Shown piece by piece: positions 59,586 through 64,000 of a stretch of DNA of 64,000 nt (the stretch's first letter is position 1; every line of letters starts with the position of its first letter). The notes below the pieces were generated by a model. The model had not been told where the DNA came from and did no database searches. It was given only the letters and a program-made list of their open reading frames with translations. Made by a program: the position numbers and the translations under genes. Source of the DNA: Dictyostelium discoideum. Taxonomy: Eukaryota. The stretch lies in assembly GCA_000004695.1 (NCBI GenBank), contig CM000152.2, positions 2,560,001 through 2,624,000 on the forward strand, written 5' to 3'.

Positions 59586-62500
59586 TTATTATTTATAGTG
59601 AAATGGTTTTAGGAAATTCTTTTCAAAGTTCATCATTAAATAATTTAACAACCTTTTCAAATGTTATTGATTTTAAGATTTGGTATTATACAAAACCTAT
59701 AGATATACCAATACAATTACTACAATTAAGTAGATTACAAAATTTGTAAGTTGTTTAGGAAAAAATAAAAAAATAAAAAAAATAATATAATTTTACTTTA
59801 CTAATAAAAAAAAAAATAATAAAAATAAAAAAAGACAAATTAATATAAATTTTAAAGTACCATCTTATCAATATGATTTCTCAAATTTAACATCATTATC
59901 AATACTTCAACTTATGGATGAATCATCAAATAATAATAACCTTGGAAGAAATGGTTTCCCAATTTCAAAATTACCACCAAACTTAAATGAATTTTATTAT
60001 GGAGGAATTTTAAAGAAATTGCCATCAATGGAAATTTTTAAAGATATTAAAATTGTTGATTTCTCATTTGGCCAAATCAATGATACATTAAAAGATGTTT
60101 TCTTACCAACAACATATGGAATTAATTATTTGTAATTATTATTTACTTATTTATTATTTATAATTTATCCTAATCATAAATTATTAATTATTATTTTTTC
60201 TTTTCTATAATATAGTTATTTTCAAAGTAATACATTATATGGTACAATACCTCAATCTTATTGTAATTTTATAACGGATTTTAGTACAAATACTTTAACT
60301 GGTGAAATTCCAAAGTAATTGTTTTTAAAAATTTAAAAAAAAAAAAAAAAAAAAAACAATATTAATATTTATTCAAACTTTTCCTTATTCTTCATTTTAT
60401 ATTTTAGTTGTTTTACCTGTTATTTTGGTGATTCTGAAATTGGTTTAAAAAATTTATTTGCAAATAATAAATTCACAAATTATGATACCCAAAACCTATG
60501 TAGTATGTTTTTTTATTAAATTAAACTTGTCTAATTTTTAACAATTATTAATTATGTATTTAATTTTTAGCGTCAATGAAACCAAATTTATTAGTTAATG
60601 CTACAACTTTAATATTATATGGTGAATCTTTAGGTTTTAATGGTAAACTTATAAAAACAAATGCAACAGGTTCGACAACTTTTACAATGATTCAACCAAG
60701 TAGTTATTTTACATTAAATTTAAGAACAACAAATATATTTGCAAAAGGTGCAAGATCATTAATACTCACTTGGACAGTTGGTAGCGAAATTAGAAAATTC
60801 ACATTACCAATTGTTAAACAAGCACCTGTACCTGCAAATATTACTTACAGTGGTATTGCATCAAATCAAGTTGAAATAAATGGTGAATTCTTTACATATA
60901 ATATTCAAGATGTTTTAGTTTTAGTTAGTGGTATTGATTGTCTTGTCACTTCAACAACATTCAACCAAATCAAATGTAAATTAACAAAAGGTTTAAATGA
61001 AAGTATTGTATTACCAGTTGATTTTATTTTTGTTGACATTATTGCAGGTGGAAACAAAACAAGTGTTTATGTTAGATTACAAGAAACATCATATATAAAC
61101 AATAAAAAGTGTAACCCTGAACTATGTACTTCCAATACATATTGTAATTTAAATGATGGAATTTGTTATCCATATTTAGATTGCTTTTCAGATTGTACAA
61201 TAAACAATGCATTTTGTAATCATGGTAATGGTTTGTGTGATTGTAGAAATAATTGTAGTAATGCAGGTTTATGCAATGGTGTAGATGGTACTTGTTCGTG
61301 TAATCCCGATAGATTATTCAACGATTGCAGTGGTATTCAATGTCCAGGTACACCAATTTGTTCAAATCATGGTACTTGTGATACCTCAAATGGAAAATGT
61401 AAATGTGAATCAATTAAATGGGTTGGCAATGCATGTCAAGATACTCAACATTATGTAAATGCAATTACACCATCAAATGAAAATGGTGGTAAAGTTTTAT
61501 TATTTGGTTGGTTTGGTTCAACTCATTCAAATGCATCAGTAATAATTGGCTCACAAGAATGTAATATAACTTCAATAAATCAAACTGTAATAGAATGTGA
61601 TATTGGTCATGGAAAAGGAATAGTACCATCATATGTATATCAAAATTCTTTGGAATGGTCAAGTCAGACAATGTATAAATATTTATCAACACAATTAAAA
61701 TGTCCAAATGATTGTACAAGTAATTTAAATGGTAATTGTGATACAACAAAAGGAGTTTGTGTTTGTATTGGTAACTTTACAGGTATTGATTGTGGTTCAT
61801 ATCCAACTAGTAATCCATCAGATGGAAGTGGAAGTGGACCAAAAACAAATACAACAGTGGATGATAATACTGGTAGTGGTTCAATTAACAATGGTAATGT
61901 AGATTACCAAGTATCAATCACTTCACTATTAGAAATTGGATTTGATGGTAGCACAATTAAAGAATACAACCTAACTAAATTATGGGAAAAGCCAAGCAAT
62001 ATTAACAATCCAAACCCTAATATTCATACTTTTACACAAACAATTGAAGGTAATTGTACAATCACTTCAACAATTGAAGAAGTTTCAAAAGATAAAAAAT
62101 TTTCATTTGCTGGTATTGATTTTACAGTTTCAGGAGGTTCATTAAAATTATCAGTTCAAATTTTAAATTATCCATATAGTTCAACATTAAATACATTACA
62201 ACTAAGAATGAAATCATCAGCTTTAAATTATTCAACACCAAAATGTGGTAGTACTCAAGATGATGAAAAAGTTTCAATAGATTCAAATGGATTCACAAAT
62301 GAAAATGATAATTTAAACTATTTAACAATCACAAAGAATAATAGAAAACTTTATGGTCGTTTCCTTTCAAAAATGTTATCAGATGGTAGATCAACATTTA
62401 CAACAAGTAACATCATTTCGACAACTGATGTCGATGTTACTGTTGCATTAAATTTACCACATTGCGATATCTGTTTATTAGATCCTGGTAAGTTTAATTT

Positions 62501-62792
62501 TAATAATTGATTTTTATTCCCTCAAATAACTGACTTTTTTTTTTTATTTTTCATTTCCAAATCAGATTTTTCAATTCTTTTAAATTCAAATGTAAAAGAT
62601 AATGAAGAAACATGTGAAGATGAAACTAAAGATACAAAAATATCAACCACAACAATTATTGCGATCTGTGTATCAGTGGGGGGTGCTGCAATTATAGGTG
62701 CTGCTGGTTATCTTTTGTATAGAAAAAAGTTTGTTGAAGTTTTACCATCCTCAAAGTCAAATTCAAAATTAAAAAAACTAAATGTGAAATAA
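58545..62792 (+). CDS. Type I membrane receptor-like protein, paralog B (tandem duplicate of 53814-58034). Ten exons: 58545-58626, 58696-58909, 58981-59109, 59219-59437, 59599-59745, 59835-60131, 60216-60314, 60408-60502, 60571-62487, 62566-62792.
   Basis: Same architecture and exon phases as paralog A. Exon 1 MKFSKIFSIFILILLCIGTLKS. Exons 6-10 are ~96-97% identical to paralog A, while exons 1-5 are only ~50-60% identical. Intron 4 is an (ATT)n repeat. Confidence 0.75.
59467..59590. repeat. (ATT)n microsatellite forming intron 4 of receptor paralog B
   Basis: tta x ~40 between donor GT at 59438 and the acceptor at 59598. The raw ORF reads poly-L. Confidence 0.8.
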
Positions 62793-63084
62793 GATTAAAA
62801 TAAAATATTATAATAAATTTAAAGACTATTACAAAAAAAGATTTACTTTTTTAACATCTCTTTTATATATCAAGGTCAGATAGGCTCATATAAGAGTGCT
62901 AAGATTTAACTAAGATTTAAAATACTTTGTTTTTCTTGTTAAGTTTTTGAATTTTTCAGAAGGGATAAGGTTAGATTGATTGTTTTTTTTTTATTTTTTG
63001 TTTAGAGGCAATCCACTTTATATTTTTGTTTGGTTAATCTTTTTAAAATGAAAAGAGCAATATTTGGTGAAAAATATCACAAAT

Positions 63085-63130
63085 CGCCGCGATAGTATAG
63101 TGGTATTACTTCAGATTGGGAACCTTTGAC
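63085..63130 (+). pseudogene. Truncated tRNA-His-like copy (5' half only), inverted relative to the intact gene
   Basis: GCCGCGATAGTATAGTGGTATTACTTCAGATTGGGAACC matches the 5' acceptor/D-arm of tRNA-His (2 mismatches). It then diverges with no T-arm or B box. Together with ~17 nt of 5' flank (aaaaatatcacaaat) it mirrors the real gene. Confidence 0.5.
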
Positions 63131-63228
63131 CATAATTAAGAATTCTTTTATAGATCAAAAAAAAAATTTAGATTTAACATGCAAAGCAATATTATTATAA
63201 CTTTTTTAATTCAGGTGTGTACCCGTGA

Positions 63229-63250
63229 GATAGGGAATTGAACCTTTGAT
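63229..63250 (-). promoter_or_regulatory. Extra B box (ex-B box) downstream of tRNA-His
   Basis: The minus strand reads ..CAAAGGTTCAATTCCCTATC.. about 30 nt 3' of the tRNA. This matches the B-box consensus GGTTCRANTCC, as is typical of Dictyostelium tRNA loci. Confidence 0.5.
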
Positions 63251-63273
63251 CAAGAGGTCAAATTTTTAAAAAG

Positions 63274-63344
63274 TGCCGCGACCTGGAATCGAACCAGGGT
63301 CAACAGAGCCACAATCTGATGTACTACCACTATACTATCACGGC
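63274..63344 (-). tRNA. tRNA-His (anticodon GUG)
   Basis: The minus strand reads GCCGTGATAGTATAGTGGTAGTACATCAGATTGTGGCTCTGTTGACCCTGGTTCGATTCCAGGTCGCGGCA, with anticodon loop TTGTGGC, B box GGTTCGATTCC and A box TAGTATAGTGG. It is close to the canonical eukaryotic tRNA-His sequence. Confidence 0.85.
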
Positions 63345-63703
63345 AATTTGTGATATTTTTCATTTTAAATTGCTCTTCCCCATTTTCTTAATTAAAAAGA
63401 TTAAACGGCCATGGTGTGTCGGTTTGTAAATATTTAAAAAGATCAGATTTTAATTTCATCAAATTTATTATAATAAATGAGATTTATCTCAAGAAGCTAA
63501 TAATTGCATTATTCCTTTCAAAAGAAAATCGGGTTTTAATTTTTAAAATTGTTTAAAGTGAAAAAAACATCTTAATAATCTGAAAGGTGAAAGAAATAAA
63601 AGGAATTTAAAAAATAAAAGTTATTAAAGTTATGGTTATTTGTTGGAAAAAAAAATGAAAAAACTTAATCGCAAATATTTTATTATATATTAATTTAATA
63701 TCT

Positions 63704-64000
63704 TAAGTAAGCAGCGCCTGAGCTTGAGCCTGAACCTGAACCTGAACCTGAACCGGTACCAGTCATTTGACCAGTAACGGATGGACCGCTGGTGACGGTG
63801 AAGTTAGCGTAGACAGAGTTAAAGGTGACACTGTGTTTGGCACCACAACTACCTTCACAGATCATTAATTGAACTTGGTAAACACCAGCTGGGAATTGTT
63901 CATCTTCAGATGGGGTGGCGGCGAATGAAAAACTAGTTGAGTATTGACCTGGTTGAGTGTTGACAATTAATTGAGCATCACCAAAACCATTTGAACCAGT
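63704..64000 (-). CDS. 3' end of a gene continuing beyond the window. It encodes ..QFPAGVYQVQLMICEGSCGAKHSVTFNSVYANFTVTSGPSVTGQMTGTGSGSGSGSGSSSGAAYLRY*.
   Basis: The frame is open from the window edge to TAA at 63704-63706. Codon usage is conspicuously GC3-rich (ggt, acc, gtc, ggc) against the AT background, typical of highly expressed Dictyostelium genes. Contains a (GS)n linker. Confidence 0.5.

Noticed and set aside
63085-63160. Possible second complete tRNA gene on the plus strand
   Set aside because: Only the acceptor and D-arm half matches tRNA-His. There is no T-arm or B box, and the anticodon loop is mutated. Kept as a truncated pseudogene.

Overview
This is an AT-rich (~75-80% A+T) eukaryotic nuclear segment with homopolymer and trinucleotide tracts, poly-N/poly-Q coding runs and short AT-rich GT..AG introns, consistent with Dictyostelium discoideum or a close relative. 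It is not prokaryotic, so there are no CRISPR arrays or operons. The window is gene-dense: about 22 protein-coding genes, 14 of them spliced. By domain homology these include a pepsin-fold protein with degenerate catalytic motifs fused to TSP1 repeats, a CNNM/DUF21-CBS transporter, a five-exon cathepsin-L-like protease, PP2A B'' (PR72-like), NOB1, Sey1/RHD3, ALG3 carrying a ~500-aa in-frame N-terminal extension, isovaleryl-CoA dehydrogenase, a DUF1295 membrane protein, a myristoylated CAMK-like kinase and LSM1. There is also a tandem pair of ~4.2-kb LRR/TIG/EGF/TM receptor-like paralogs with mosaic identity, a tRNA-His(GUG) with a downstream extra B box (ex-B box), and an inverted partial tRNA-His copy that forms a ~75-nt inverted repeat with the intact gene. 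An ~85-nt element with a 12-bp inverted repeat and a DUSE-like core (the upstream element of Dictyostelium small-RNA genes) occurs twice, 19 kb apart, in opposite orientation. Several introns are pure in-frame (ATT)n microsatellites. Exon boundaries were derived by hand from GT/AG signals, frame continuity and homology and may be off by a few nucleotides.
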